Shown here: piece after piece, positions 23,501 to 37,329 of the stretch
Layout: each line of letters begins with the position of its first letter
How positions within the stretch are numbered: the stretch's first letter is position 1
Assembly (NCBI GenBank): GCA_964016885.1
Contig: OZ024741.1
Coordinates: 67,952,001-68,016,000, forward strand
Direction of reading: 5' to 3'
Origin: Eledone cirrhosa
Lineage: Eukaryota
DNA length: 64,000 nt
Notes under the pieces: model-generated
Database searches by the model: none
What the model saw: the letters and a program-made list of their open reading frames with translations, nothing else
Told to the model about the DNA's origin: nothing
Program-made: the position numbers and the translations under genes

Positions 23501-24623
23501 GATGTGTGTAGTGAATATTTCCTGCTACGAAGGGTTTCTAAGTTTGTGTGTGTGTATATATATACACGTGTATGTGTGTGTGTGGTTGTGTGTGTATATG
23601 TGTGTGTGTGTATATAGGTGTCTGTGCCTATATACACTGGTCGCAGACTCACACACACAGACACACACACACATATATATATATATGTACACACACACGC
23701 GCACACAAATCTATATCTACACACACCCACACACATATATATATGGGCCTTCCAATTTCATTTTAGATTATATATTCGACTTTGTATATTTTAATTATTT
23801 AAAAATCATTTTTAAGTGAAAAAGATTTTTTTTTAAATATTTTTAAATGAAGGGAGCCCGTTGGGTCACGGGAGGTCTAGTAAATTGTAAAAATGCATTC
23901 ATATTTTCATTCTGCACTCTCGAATAATCGCCCCCTCCCCCTCTCGCTTATTACTTTTTCAGATTTGTTCCACCCGTCCTCACCCCGCTTATTAAATTTT
24001 GCTAATGTATCTCTCGCGAAATTTTATTTTAAGTAGTAACATTCTGCGACAATTAATTAATTTTATACAATAAAAAACATGATATATGACAAGAAAAATG
24101 TATTACTGGAAATACCATACGTTATGATATAAATAGAATGGGTAGGTGTCTCAATAGGTAAACTAAACGACTAATTTGGGTTTTTTTTAAATCAACGGAG
24201 ACAACCTTGAAAACTTGCCGATTTTCCACCCCTACTTATTCCAACCTCCCCTACCATTTCGGACCCGAGAGTACCTTCACTATTTTTTGTTTTTGCCCCC
24301 CCCCCCCTTCTAGTTGTAGATTCCATGGTTTACACCCTATATATATAGTCGATCGACTTTCGTCAAATCGGACCGAGGAATCAATGTTTCCGTTGGTCTT
24401 TCCAATTGCTAATACTTTCTATCGGTTGCAACTCCAGGTAGAAGGAGCAACGTGAAATAAAGTGTCTTGCTCAAGGACATAACGCATCACCCGGTCCAGG
24501 AATCAAACTTACAGCCTCACCATTGTGAATTCAATTCTCTTACCACTCAGCCACATGCATTTACTCAGGTTTACATCCTATTTAGCAATATATCTTTGGT
24601 TCTTGTTTGTCGTTAGTCTAATT

Positions 24624-24710
24624 TATGAGGGACGGCTGTAAAGTTCATAGGCTGACCAAGATACTCTAATGGAATGACCAAAACGAGATTTATTTTTCAA
24701 CATAGTCTCT
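24624..24710 (+). mobile_element. Mariner-like terminal fragment
   Basis: TA-TGAGGG...AAAGTTCATAGGCTGAC...TTTTTCAACATAGTC resembles mariner ends (from memory). Confidence 0.4.
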
Positions 24711-24857
24711 GAAAAGAAACAATGCAGTTATTAATAAGAAGAGTGTAAATTAATGCATGCAAGATTTCACAGCTCTAGCATCACTCATTCATAGTCATCC
24801 TATCAACGTTTCAATCCACCCTCGTATATTGTTATTGCAATGAATACCGAGTTCTAT

Positions 24858-24958
24858 ACTGTGAAATTCCCTTATAACGAAATTCACGGGGTATAAAAAA
24901 TTCGTTGTACTGAAAACTTTGTTATAATGGTATTCATTATAAGCGAATTTTACCTGTA
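24858..24958. mobile_element. Tigger/pogo-like MITE
   Basis: Imperfect TIRs AAATTCCCTTATAACGAA / TTCATTATAAGCGAATTT with TA ends. Confidence 0.5.
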
Positions 24959-25046
24959 GTGCTATAACATAAACTAACAACAAAAGTTGCAAACACACAC
25001 ACGCACACATACACACACACATACAGACACACACACACATAGATAG

Positions 25047-25133
<87 letters not shown>

Positions 25134-25784
25134 GGGGGGGGGATATGTGTATAGGATACATAGCGATATATATGAATGCACTTTTAGGATTTATTGTACT
25201 GTTACGAAGGAGATTATAAAGTCAATCAGCAGCTGCAAATGGTATCACTTGAAATCGAAACACTGCTTCACAGATCTACTAAAGAAAGCGAGGAAAAACG
25301 AACAATGAATTACGTGACTGATTTGAAGAATGATGCACGGTTTTTTTTTTTTTGTGCGTTTTACTGGAGGTAGATTATTCCAACTGGTGTAGTTGCCACT
25401 GTAAGGAGTTAATGTCAGGTTGACAGTGCGAGCAGTCGTTCTGAGGTCAGCAGCGTGGTTAAGACAGTCGGTGTAAAGTTGGTGATGTGAATTGTCGGCG
25501 TGACCCCGGGCGGCGAAGAACAACATTATACAAGACATCCAACCTGGTGCGTTTATTTCTTCCATTCTAAGCAAGTTGGCTACCTTGGCAGGCTTGCTGT
25601 TTCCCAGCTGCTGACTTTGGACTGTTGGAGTCGTATTGTAGTTGAAGACCGCATTTTGCAACAATAGTTTACTTTGTATTTTATTTTGAATGTTTTTGTT
25701 AATTGTTCAACTTATGTTTCTCACAGATTCTACAATACCAACCAGAATATATTTATATTATTACATGGAATATATTAATATTAT

Positions 25785-26100
25785 TACGAGGTTAACTTTG
25801 CCTTTCCTCCTTACGGGGTCGATAAAATAAAGTACCAGTAATGTACTGGGTATTTTCCGGCCTTGTGCCAAATGTAGAAACAATTATTACATGGTGGATT
25901 GGAAGTACTGGTAGTGTGTCGGACAATATGCTTTACAGCATAGATACGGCCCTTTACATCCTGAGATCCAATCCTGCGTTTCATCCATGTGGGATCAATA
26001 AAATAAAGTACCAGTCACGCACTGGGGTCGATTTAATCGACTTTACTTTCCCTTTAAAAAATGGTTGGCATTATGTCTAAATCAGAAACCATTATTACAT
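25785..26100 (+). mobile_element. Two adjacent copies of tRNA-derived SINE family A (Meta-domain-like core)
   Basis: Core GAGGTTAACTTTGCCTTTCATCCTTACGGGGTCGATAAAATAAAGTACCAGT; ATTACATGG recurs at the junctions. Confidence 0.75.
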
Positions 26101-27344
26101 GGATACAACATGGATACAACATGGTCAAATTATCAATTTTACTTCAAAGTCGCGTAGATTCCGATTAGATCCCACTGAGTGGTATCGTTGGCAAGTATAT
26201 TTTAGCAAAGGCTTGATTTATAAGTGAAATGGAGAAGATGGAAAATGTTGGAAGCCTGTCTGATTGAGTAGACGGAAACTTACAAGCCCTTTACATACCA
26301 TGCTAGTAATTTAAAGGTTCCGTTTTTTTCACACACTGAGAATTACATTAAATATACACTCAGCTACGTTTCCATTGATTTAACTAACACACTGCTTTGT
26401 TTATTTAACAACTAAAGTTCTCGTTTAAATCGAGAGAGGTTCATTTACTAATATTATTATAAATTGTTAAAATATAAGTACGAATAACAATGTCAATATA
26501 AAACCAGAAACTGTTAGTTTTGCTTTAAATCACCACCAATGTCTTACGATAAACAATAATAGATGCAGAGTTAAATGTATGCTTAAGAAATGTTCATTCC
26601 TACCCGAACAAGTGTTTTCTACTTTAGCTTCAGATTGGTAAACACGTTGTATGTTTTGTCAGGTGTAAACTATGGAGTAACTTAGCAGTTCGGTAAAAAG
26701 AAAATGGAATCGATAAAACAAATGCAAGACAGCCATAAGTACTTGGTCGATAGGATTGGTAAGACCACTTGTACCCGGTGTATCAGCATGGATGCAGTCC
26801 AATGATTAAGACCAATACAATTGTAAAAGAATGATAAAAGTAATAAAATTTAATTATAAAACATCAACTGTTCATTTCCGGCTGATTGATCCTCACAACA
26901 ATAGGATAAATATCCATAGACATAACCGGGTAGGCATGTATCGATTATGTAATATACAAACACTTCAACACTGCATCTGAAAAGGGAAAATTTGAAAGCA
27001 ATTGTTATAAATGCGAAACAAGTCTCAGTGAAATATATAGGAATTATAATTGTGTGCAAAATCGATTTGTTCTCACATCTCCGAAACAAATACGTGACTA
27101 GAATGGTATGCGCATGTCTATCCAGATTTACACAGAGATCAAAGTATACCGCTCATCTGCCTTATTCACAGGCAATAAAGCTTAACATTTGCTATTTGTA
27201 CTCTGATAGACATTTTGAATCATTTCAAGTAAAGTATTACGCAAACGCAAATCTGAAAGGAATCAAAGTAGATAAAACGCCCCAAATAAAAATAAGCAGA
27301 ATGTGGAAGATAGAACTAAAAAAAGGTAACCATGGTTTCTGATT

Positions 27345-27746
27345 TAGGCACAAAGACAACAATTTTTGACGAAGGGGAAAATCGATTAAATCGGTCCAAG
27401 TGCGTTACTGGTACTTTATTTTATCGATCCTGTAAGGGTGAAAGACAAAGTTAACCTCAACGGGGTTTGAATTCAGAATGTTAAGACCCGTAACTACGAG
27501 TCGCAAAGCATTCTGGCCGACGCTCTACTGATTCTGCCAATCCACTGTCCTAAAAATGTAATAATTGTTACTACTTTTGGCACAAGGCCAGCAATTAACC
27601 AGTGTATTACTGGTACTTTATTTTATCGACCCCGTAAGGATGAAAGGCAAAGTTAACCTCGGCGGGATTTGAACTCAGAATGGCGTGGGCCGTAACTCTA
27701 TGCGTCAAAGCATAGCGTCAGACCCTCTACCGATACTGCCAATCCA
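27345..27746 (-). mobile_element. Two tandem copies of SINE family A
   Basis: Reverse complement of the same head and core. Confidence 0.8.
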
Positions 27747-28519
27747 AGAATAGGAAATATGTACATATGTACTTAATCAAAATGTACTAAAGTTTATAAA
27801 CAATCCATAAATATTCCCGTCTAAACTTAACACACGTTCTCAGCAAGACATCCTTAGCTAAAAGTAATACTCACGCAGCACAGGTTCTACACAACCGCTG
27901 CCTAATACTATTTTAAGAAAATGACAGGGAAGTAAATTGGAAGAGCCGTTAGAACGTCGGAGAGAATACGTTATCCTATTCGATTCGATTCTCTGCACTC
28001 GGATTTCAAATTCTGTCGCGGTCAACATTACCTTTCACACTTACGAGGTCGATAAATAAGGTTCCAATCGAATATGCTTCTGACTCGCTCCCATTTTCTG
28101 GAAGAAATCAGTTGTGTTCAGACCTGGAGATGAATTGGATCCACGAGGTTTCAATTACCCAAGAGTTACGGGTTCATACATATATATATATATATACATT
28201 AAGACAGTCAAACTGGAGATGAAAAAATAAATACCCTTGCATCAGATATATTTACCGTTAATATTTTTCCATTCCTCAAAATCTCAATACTTCACAAACC
28301 CTAGGGACACAATTTATAGAATCATCTCCATCATTTACTATAACTATATAATCTAATTTATTGTTATTAGCAGAATCGTTAGAGCGTCTTATGAAACTTT
28401 TGGCGGAATTTTGTTACACCTCGTTACATTCTACTTTTAAATCACAGGATAGCTAAAATAAGGTATCCGTGATTTAATAGAATTTCCTCTCACAAAATTG
28501 CAGAGTCTGTACCTAGGAC

Positions 28520-28740
28520 GATGGATTGGTACTATCATTAGAGCGTTGGATACCATGCTTTCCAGCACAGTTATGGCCCTTTACGTTCTGAGTGCAAATC
28601 CCGCTGAGGTTAGCTTTGCCTTTCATCCTTACTGGGTTGATTAAATAAAGCACCAGTAATGCAGTGGGGTCGATTTCATCGACTTTCCCCTCCCTTCAAA
28701 TTGCTGGCCATTGTGCCTAAAGTAGAAACAATTATTATTA
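28520..28740 (+). mobile_element. SINE family A copy
   Basis: Head GGATTGG.A.TATC..TAGAG, core, and tail TTGTGCCTAAAGTAGAAACAATTATT. Confidence 0.8.
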
Positions 28741-28968
28741 TTAACATACGCTATGTTACGCAATAAAAGAAAGAGTCAGAGAGAAAGTGATTCCATCAGC
28801 AGATATGTAGTAACAGTGTGAGGTATAAGAAAGAGAAGGTTATTTACTTGCAGTATGCTATTGACATAAACAAATGTGCACACATACACATTCATATAAT
28901 ATACTGAGAACTGCAACTGGTGATGTTATTGGTAGAGATATTGATTAATGGAAGGTGGAAATTGCGGT

Positions 28969-29075
28969 AGGGAGGGGGAAGGTCGATTAAATCGACCCCA
29001 CTGCATTACTGGTGCTTTATTTAATCAACCCAGTAAGGATGAAAGGCAAAGCTAACCTCAGCGGGATTTGCACTC
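28969..29075 (-). repeat. Inverted partial duplicate of SINE segment 28590-28695
   Basis: Shares non-consensus variants with the neighbouring copy. Confidence 0.8.
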
Positions 29076-30602
29076 GAAGACTGTGTTTGCTTTTGTTTTT
29101 ATTAATATCTAATTTTAATTGTCAGTTATTTAACACGTGCATTTTAGTGCAATTTACCATCGTCCGCTAAGCTAAACCTTTTACTGATAACTAAATGTCC
29201 AGTTGGATTAGCTTATTCAATGACAATTATAAACCACAGTGTGAAACATTTAATTAAATAAGGATTTATTTACCGCAACCAGTGTTTAATCGTGAACAAT
29301 TGTCTACCACTAGGGAATTAACTGATGGTTTTGTTAAGGTAGAAGCTATCAGAAAGCTAGTCTCCTCGCTTTCATGTTCCAGAAGTGTAAGATTGTGAAG
29401 CCCTACTCCCAGACATATCATCCATCCACGGATGGTGATGACAGGCTAATTATGGAGGGTGGAGAGCGGTGGAAGTTCCGAGAAAGAGAGAAACGGAAAC
29501 TGGACGAGAGAAAACAAAAGGTGTTGTAGGACGATGACCTGCTGCACTCTATTATATAACATCCATGATTTTGACAGTAAGCAACACGTATTTCAAACTA
29601 GTGAAAATGTACTGCATGAGGATGAAAATATATTTACGATAAATAGAAGACAGGTAAACGATTTTATGCTGTCAAACTTTAACTTAGCATAACGTTAGAG
29701 GATGTTTAGAATGGATTACTTAAGATTACTTAAAGACGGGAGAGTGATCCGTGCATGTGAGCCTATCTCCCTCCCGTCGGTTTGAATTTCACATTATTTT
29801 CGACAACAAACGAAAAACTGATAGACTTACTGAACATGTAGAAGGAATAGAAATGTAGTTTTAATGTGTTGAGAGTATACGTGAGATCCGATATTATAGA
29901 ATAGCTAAATGATAGGTTACTAATGAAAACCACACTAAAGTCTATGAACAATAAAGGTTTAACTTTACAGATAATGCGAAAGTTTTCCAGAAATGTCAAC
30001 CAAATCTCTTTAAAATCTTACATCTAAATAAATAAAAGTTTAATTAAATACACTACGTCTAAAAAAAGATGTAATACCATTTCTTTTTTCATTTTAGTAA
30101 TATCACAATTTTTAAGCCTTTTATGGCATAATTTGTTTAAAATGAAAAAAATGGTAATTTGAAAATGTTTCCAGTCTTTTTTAATGTTTCAGTAATAATG
30201 TATTATCATGCGACCTTAATTAAATAATTAAAAATCAAACGAAAGCTCATTGCAGTGTCTATTATGCTGGCCATAAAAACAATTTCGCTGGCAAATCAAT
30301 CATCGCTCTGAGACTGTTCGGCTGGGTAATTTTGCAGATTTTAAAACACACACACAAACATACACACACTCGCATCGCCATATATAATCACACACACATA
30401 TATATATACATACATATATATATATATATACTCATAAATATATATATATATATACACTTATATACTTATATATATATATACACACATTGATATATATGTG
30501 CATATATATACAATTATATATATAGACATATATATACACTTATATATGTACACATACATGTACATATATATGTACACACACATATATATACATATATATA
30601 TA

Positions 30603-30671
<69 letters not shown>

Positions 30672-30913
30672 GCATGAACTCACGCATACACATAATGCAG
30701 TTTCGTACACCCTATAGCTGAGCCAGTAACTTTTAGGTAATTAGATACTACGACATAAACAAACAGCTCAAGTAAAACATAGGATTTTCCCCGCGAAGCA
30801 TGGCGGTGAATTTAAGGTAAATAACATGCGGACGTCTACATATAGAGTTCGTAACTAATGGGAGGACTGCTGAGTAATAAAGCAAGGAAGACAAAATTAC
30901 GACAAATGATATG

Positions 30914-31010
30914 CAGGTCTCCCGAAAATGTATACACACTTTCATTACCTGTACAGGCAATATTTATAAGAATGCTGTGGAAGGATGTATACATTTTTGG
31001 GGACACCCTG
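30914..31010. mobile_element. Tc1/mariner-type MITE (about 100 bp)
   Basis: TIRs CAGG.TCTCCCGAAAATGTATACA and TGTATACATTTTTGGGGACACCCTG-TA. Confidence 0.6.
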
Positions 31011-31443
31011 TATAAATGTCTTTCGACCGAAGTAACGCCAGGTTGAAATATGTCGGTACACATAGAAATATTTTCTACTAATGTCCAAAGTAAGACAATC
31101 AAACGAAATGCACGAAAGAAACGTTGAGCAGAAATAATTTAGGTAGTAAATATAAGAGGAAAAGAAAGAGGGTGGCAGAAAAGATATAGAAGTATAGAAG
31201 ATGGCGGAGAAAGAGTGGAAATAGGAAATTTTATTGTACGACAATTACTGCTTTCATTGATATAGAAATAGTAGTAAAATAAACTCACAAGACAAAATAA
31301 GGTGAAAATAATTTCTAGTTAGCTTTTAATGTTCATTGCATTGAATATATTAATCCTACTTTAACTATTGACAGCTAAATAAGACCGGTGGATTTACGAT
31401 ATCGGTAAAATGCTGATGAAAATGCTTTGCCTTATTTATTTAC

Positions 31444-31730
31444 GGGGCGGTCGATTGGCAGTATCGGTAAAGGGTCGGATGCCATGCTTTGCATCATAGA
31501 GTTATGCCCCTTTATGGTCTGAGTTCAAATCTCGCCGAGGTTAACTTTGCCTTTCATCCTTACGGGGTCGATAAAATAAAGTAACAGTAATGCACTGGGA
31601 TAATTGCTGACATTGTGCCAAAAGTAGAAACAGTTATTTACCTTTATGATACCTCCCTTTATGTTCTGGTTTCAAATGCCACCGAGGTTAACTTTGCCTT
31701 TCAGCCTTACGGGTTCGATAATAAAGTAAT
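31444..31730 (+). mobile_element. SINE family A full copy plus partial copy
   Basis: Head, B box GAGTTCAAATC, core. Confidence 0.8.
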
Positions 31731-31772
31731 AAGCGTGTTTACTATATTTTTCTGGCAATATCAGAACAGCAT

Positions 31773-31990
31773 TTAGGGCGGTGGATTGGCAGTATCAGTA
31801 GAGGGTCGGACGCCATGCTTTGCAGAATGGAGTTACGGCCCCTTATGATCTGAGTTCAAATCCCGCCGAGGTTAACTTTGCCTTTCATCCTTACGGGGTC
31901 GGTAAAATAAAGTACCAGTCACGCACTGGGGTCGATTTAATCGACGTTCCCCTCCTCCCAAATTGCTGGCCTTGTGCCTATATAAGAAAC
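31773..31990 (+). mobile_element. SINE family A copy with 17-bp TSD
   Basis: CAATATCAGAACAGCAT at 31756-31772 and 31991-32007. Confidence 0.85.
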
Positions 31991-32699
31991 CAATATCAGA
32001 ACAGCATGACTCTCCAAATATAACAAAATGATGTACCGATAACGACCCGGGATCGATAATTCAACATTTCCCTTTCCGCCAAATTACTGGCCTATATATT
32101 GCAAAGATTATCAGTAACACATTGTATAACCCCTGGTTGAGTCGTAGGGAAGACACCGTAATGAAATATAACGTGTCTCGAGCATTATAAATCTGGTTGA
32201 GCCCATCCCTTCTCCAGGTCTGAACACATCCGATTTCCAAAGAAAGATAGAAGTGTAAAAGTATTAGTTCTGGCTCTATACCCGCCACTGTCATCTTTGC
32301 CATGTATCCTTTCGAGATCAATAAAAACATACCTGTTGAGTACTGGGTGCATTCTTCCTCTGTGTGTCTCTCTCTCGCTTATTTGTCAATCTCTCTCCTT
32401 CTCTAGAGGAAATCGACTTCAGACCTGGAAAGAGATGGGTTCTGCCAAGTTTAAGATACACAATAGTTATGAGTTAATACATACACCTAATCATTGGTAT
32501 TAATGATATTTAGTACTGTGGTGTAATGTATTTAAAGTTCAGAGGAATAGCAACAGTCTCGTTCATACCGAGTCCAATGTTTTTCCATCATTACAACCGC
32601 CAACAAAATCACCAAGCGTAGAGTAATTGATTGGACAAAACAAAAAGAACAATTGTCCACGTCGTTACCATGTATATCCCATACAGTTCATCTTTGTAT

Positions 32700-32965
32700 C
32701 CCGGAGCCATAGAAATATCAATGCTGAGAATCTCCTTCAGAAACCATGTCCGAAACGAGGCAGATCAGGGAAAGAAACAGGGTGAAGGACGTTATCGATG
32801 AGTACCGTCTGAACCAACTCAGATGGGCCGGACATGCCATGCGATTCACTAATAATCGATGTGGACCCATACCATACAGTTGTGAAGTGGTACCCGATAT
32901 AAAGAGAATCATAAAATTGCAATGGAGAAGGGAGAGATCAAGAACTGAATGGATGAAATGCTGAG
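32700..32965 (+). mobile_element. RTE-like LINE 3' fragment
   Basis: IRERNRVKDVIDEYRLNQLRWAGHAMR matches the RTE thumb-region WAGH motif. Confidence 0.6.
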
Positions 32966-33928
32966 GCCGGCGGATTTAAAGTTTGGCCGGTCAAGATTAT
33001 TTAGGTGATATTGAAGTGTAAGTAGAATCCTTAGCCTGGCAGAAATGAGGTATATATATAACACTACATCCGCTTTCCACCCCAATTCATTTGGCACATA
33101 CTTCCGTGTCAGTAGTCTTTATGTTATGCTGCAAATATTCGGACCATGCTTTTACGAAAAGCATGGTTTAGTTTTAGTTGGCCCTCTGGTAACCTGGTAT
33201 TTTTTTTTTTTTTTTTTTTTGGAGATATTGATTTAAATATTTCTGGGCTGCTCACCAAATTCATAAATCTCACCATTAGTCTGGTATAGCTTAGGTAGTA
33301 TTTAACTCCTCACAACAACCTTTTAATACAAAATTCTTTCTATGTAGGGAATATATTTAATACTCTCACCCGTCACCAACCTATATAATTAATCAATTAC
33401 GTTATCAATATTATCGTTATAAAAAATAAATAAATGGATACTTAAAACATCGATAATATTTGGCAAAGACATGATAAAAACTACGTCTCAATCTCTGCTG
33501 TAGGTATTCTAAAAGTTTCATCTAAATCGTGGTAATTTCCATCTATTATCTCTCTCTTTTTTTACATGATCTGTTTCCTACTTTTTTCAAATTTCTGACA
33601 AACATTTGTTTCATATTTTGTTAAAAAGTCCTTTATAGTTTGTTACAGAGATATGACAAACAATGGCGTTTGTTTCCGTTTAGGAAACAAACATTTCACA
33701 AATGTCTCTGGAAATCTTCAGACATTTTGTTTTCTTTATTTTATCTTCTTTTTTGTTGTTTTTGTTTTTTGTTTTCTCTGCTTTTATCAATATGATTATG
33801 ATATTAATAAATTATACTTCACTTTTTATTCCTCTCTCCTATTTTCTGGCTTTCATCCTCATCACCCCATAACTTCCTACTTATCTCCCTCATCAGCATC
33901 ATGAACTGTATAACCGTTGTCGACATCG

Positions 33929-33967
<39 letters not shown>

Positions 33968-34009
33968 ACAACAACATCAGCAATATCCTCAATGTCCTCA
34001 ATGTCCTTG

Positions 34010-34555
34010 GCGGTATCAGTAGAACGTCGAGTAACATGCTTTGCTGCATAGAGTTACGGTCCATTACGTTCTAAGTTCAAATCCCGCCAAGTTTAGCTTT
34101 GCTTTTTATCCTTACGGGGTCGATAACATAAATCACAAGTAATGCACTGGGGTCGATTTAATTGACTTTACATTCCCCAAAATTGTTGGCATTGTGCCTA
34201 AATCAGAAACCATTATTATCCTTATAGAATTTAGTTACTTCCTTTGCGGTTAAGGTTCAAGTGCCAACCTCCGTTTTTACCCATTCCCGTATTGATAAAA
34301 CAAAACACCAGTTAAGTCCTGGTTTTCATTTAATCGCTTTCCCATCCCCACAAATTGACGGCCTTTGGCCATTTTATATGGCAGTAGATTAGCAGAATAG
34401 TTAGGGCGTTGGACAAAATGCTACGAAATATATTTTCCGATTACGTACGCTTCTGTATTCAAATCTCTCCGAGGTTAATTTTGTCTTTCATCACTACAGG
34501 GCCGATAAAATAAAGTACCAGTCAAATACTGGCATCGCTGTAATTGACTTTCCCA
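34010..34555 (+). mobile_element. Cluster of SINE family A copies (34010-34220, 34380-34555 and a decayed copy between)
   Basis: Repeated core motifs. Confidence 0.7.
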
Positions 34556-36360
34556 TTCACTGAGAGGAAGCTATCGCTGAAATGTCGGACAGAGATGACA
34601 AACGCATATATTGCCTCAGTTATATATTACCGTTTGACCGTCGTGCCTTGCCTTAATTTCCGTATGACCAAATTTGAGCGATTTCCCTTTCGCTTCTGCC
34701 ATCGAAAATCATATGTTGTCAATATTCTGAGTCTGCTGCACGTACAGATATTCTTAAATAGTGAGCAGGTGTGATCGCCCCTTATCAGGCATGATTTTTA
34801 AATAGCTCGTCTATTGGACGGAGCTGCAGTCCTAGGTCAAACAAAAACAAAAACTGTGTGACTGATATCTAAAATGTTGTCAGGCGCTCACAACTATGTA
34901 GCAGCCAGGCAATACGGTAGGTAGGAACTTCCACGTTGACATTCTATAGAGGAGTGGTAGTGAATGATGAGCTTCTCGTGGGCACTCGGGAGATTCACAA
35001 AGATGAACTTGCGGTTCTGTTCCAGAGAGTTCTCGAAAAGGGAACAATGGATAATTTCTTGAAATTATTGATTCGAGGTTAACTTTAGAGACATGGCAGT
35101 ACTGTCAGCCATGTTAGTACTATATACCTGCAAAGCGACAAAATCGTTCTTCACGCAATTATTTCGTGTCCGAGTATTGCTGATATCTGGGGCTTTATTG
35201 AACAACTTACGATGCCTGTGAGACGGATCCTACTATCCAATGCGTTCATCTCGAAAATCGCCCCTCGCCTAATTTTGTTAAGGTATGGTAAGAAGTTTGT
35301 CTGTTTGGACGAAATGGTGAAATAGATTACATGGTGGAATTCCCAGTTCTGTGAGTGGGAGCGTCGAAACGATGATGAGAACACCGGTGACGTTATAAAT
35401 AATTTCCGGTTCATAGCTGTGTTTAATCAGAATTTACGTTTTTGGCCAATGTGCTAGCAACGAGGCTGGTGCTTCTCATTAAGAGTCTGGTGGGAGAGGT
35501 ACACAAGTGCGCAATCCCGACCAGGTCAATACGCGACAAACTCCACCTCATGCGACACGTTAAAGAGAGTGTATGGAGTAAACCTGGCTTCTGTGAGTCT
35601 CTGATCAATTTGGATGAATCTAAAGCTTTCAATATGGTTGACCATCGATACCTGGATGCTGTCATCAGGGCAGATGATTTCAGTCCCGTCTTCAGAGGCC
35701 TGGTTGTTGCAAGGCACAGTGGCATCTAATCGGTGTTCAAAGTAAACGGTCCCATATCGGAACCGTTCCAGATCACGCACTCGATCCGTCAAGAATGCCT
35801 TCTCTCCTCTATTCTGTACATAGTGATACTCGAGTCACTACTGACAAAACTGAAGCTTCTACACGACATCCCGATCAAACAGAGGTCTGGAGGGACATTG
35901 TTGGCATATGCGAACGCTGTCACGGATATGGTGTCGAACAACTCGGAAATCGAGGCAGTTGGCAACTTCTTAGGAATATGAAACGTTGACGAAGCAGAAA
36001 TCAACCCAATCTGTTGATGTGTTTGCAACCTGGTCCCTGGAGAGGAAAACCCATTTCATTCAACAGCGGCGTCGGACGCTGGTTAATGGACCGGTGACGG
36101 TGGATAAGAATTTGAACTAGATGCGAGCAGGATGGCCACTAACACTCAAAAATGGGCTGTGAGGTAGCTATCCCTGAAACGTCAGGCAGAGGTCACGAAA
36201 CGTGTACATAGCGTCCATTAACTAATACCGTCTTACCATTGTGCCTTACCCCTGTCTACACCACACCAAATTGGAGCGCCTGCTCTTCAACTTCTTGTGT
36301 AAAGGACGGGTTCCATTGGTGAGGCGGTTCATCTGCTGCCAGCATCCTCTACGCGGAGGA
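34556..36360 (+). mobile_element. Degenerate Tx1 ORF2 fragments, same family as 13488-19302, in rearranged order
   Basis: KLSLKCRTEMTNAYIASVIYYRLTVVPC (34560-34650) and LANVLATRLV...LINLDESKAFNMVDHRYL...SIRQECLLSSILY...AYANAVT (35440-35980) align by eye to the more complete copy. Confidence 0.85.
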
Positions 36361-37329
36361 TATTTTCTCCATAGACAATTAATTGGTTAAAATTATTTGT
36401 TTAAATAATTTCAAACAAGTTATGAAAAATCTACCGGTGCAAGGTTCATAAAATCTATGATTCATCGGTTATTAATGCAACTATCATTTCGTCTTCATGC
36501 CACATGTACAAAGATTCCTATGAACAAGTTTAGTTACAAGCCCCGAAAAAATCATGAACAAAACAACGTCACACGAACACAAAAAAAACTAAGAAAAGAA
36601 AATAGTTTAATTGATCTTGAACGCAAAACATTAATTTTATAGCCACCCGGAACGCACGGTCATGAGTGAATATCTCAATATTTCCACCGACACATACGAT
36701 TTATGTCAAATGAAAATAATTCGACACATTTACATTGCCAATCACGTTTGCAAGTATACTATATAACACGGAGTATTTAAACATGAGTCTTTTTATTCCC
36801 AACGTAATATTCCTTTACGAGACAAACACGTTTCTGAGTGTAGTATGACTTACCACAAGCCTACATACAGGAACACGCAAAGAAAGCGATTATCCCAAAA
36901 TGGGGTGCAATTTTCATATTCCTTCAAAAGATCAAATACATTTTTAATATCTGTGGTTGGAAGTCCTATCGTTTAAACTGAGAAGAACGTACGAGACTGT
37001 GTGAATCGTTTTAAAAAGCAAAACAAAAACTGCGAGGTACACGTGCACATATAGACATGTGAACCAGTGTATAATACAATACAAGAATGATTGTCAGGGG
37101 CATCGTAAGGAAATTGACTCTGGGCATGGTGTCATGTCTGTGTCACGATATAGATGTTATCGATGTAGAAATAACAAAATGGGTTTCCAAGTCAGACGGG
37201 ATCAGAATAGATTTACACTTCCTTATGAGAGCTGAAAAACGATTTGTACGAGGATTGGAATGCAGGGAATAAAGCCTTTATGTTACATGTGTGGAAGCAA
37301 AGGTCCTTTGTGTTTGACGCGATTGTTTT

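Noticed and set aside
25245-25664. 139-aa minus-strand ORF in a GC-richer island
   Set aside because: No recognisable domain or clear splice signals; could be a TE remnant, cannot be supported without a search
37087-37320. Possible LINE ORF1 remnant with a CYMCGSKG knuckle start
   Set aside because: Knuckle incomplete and frameshifted; too weak to call
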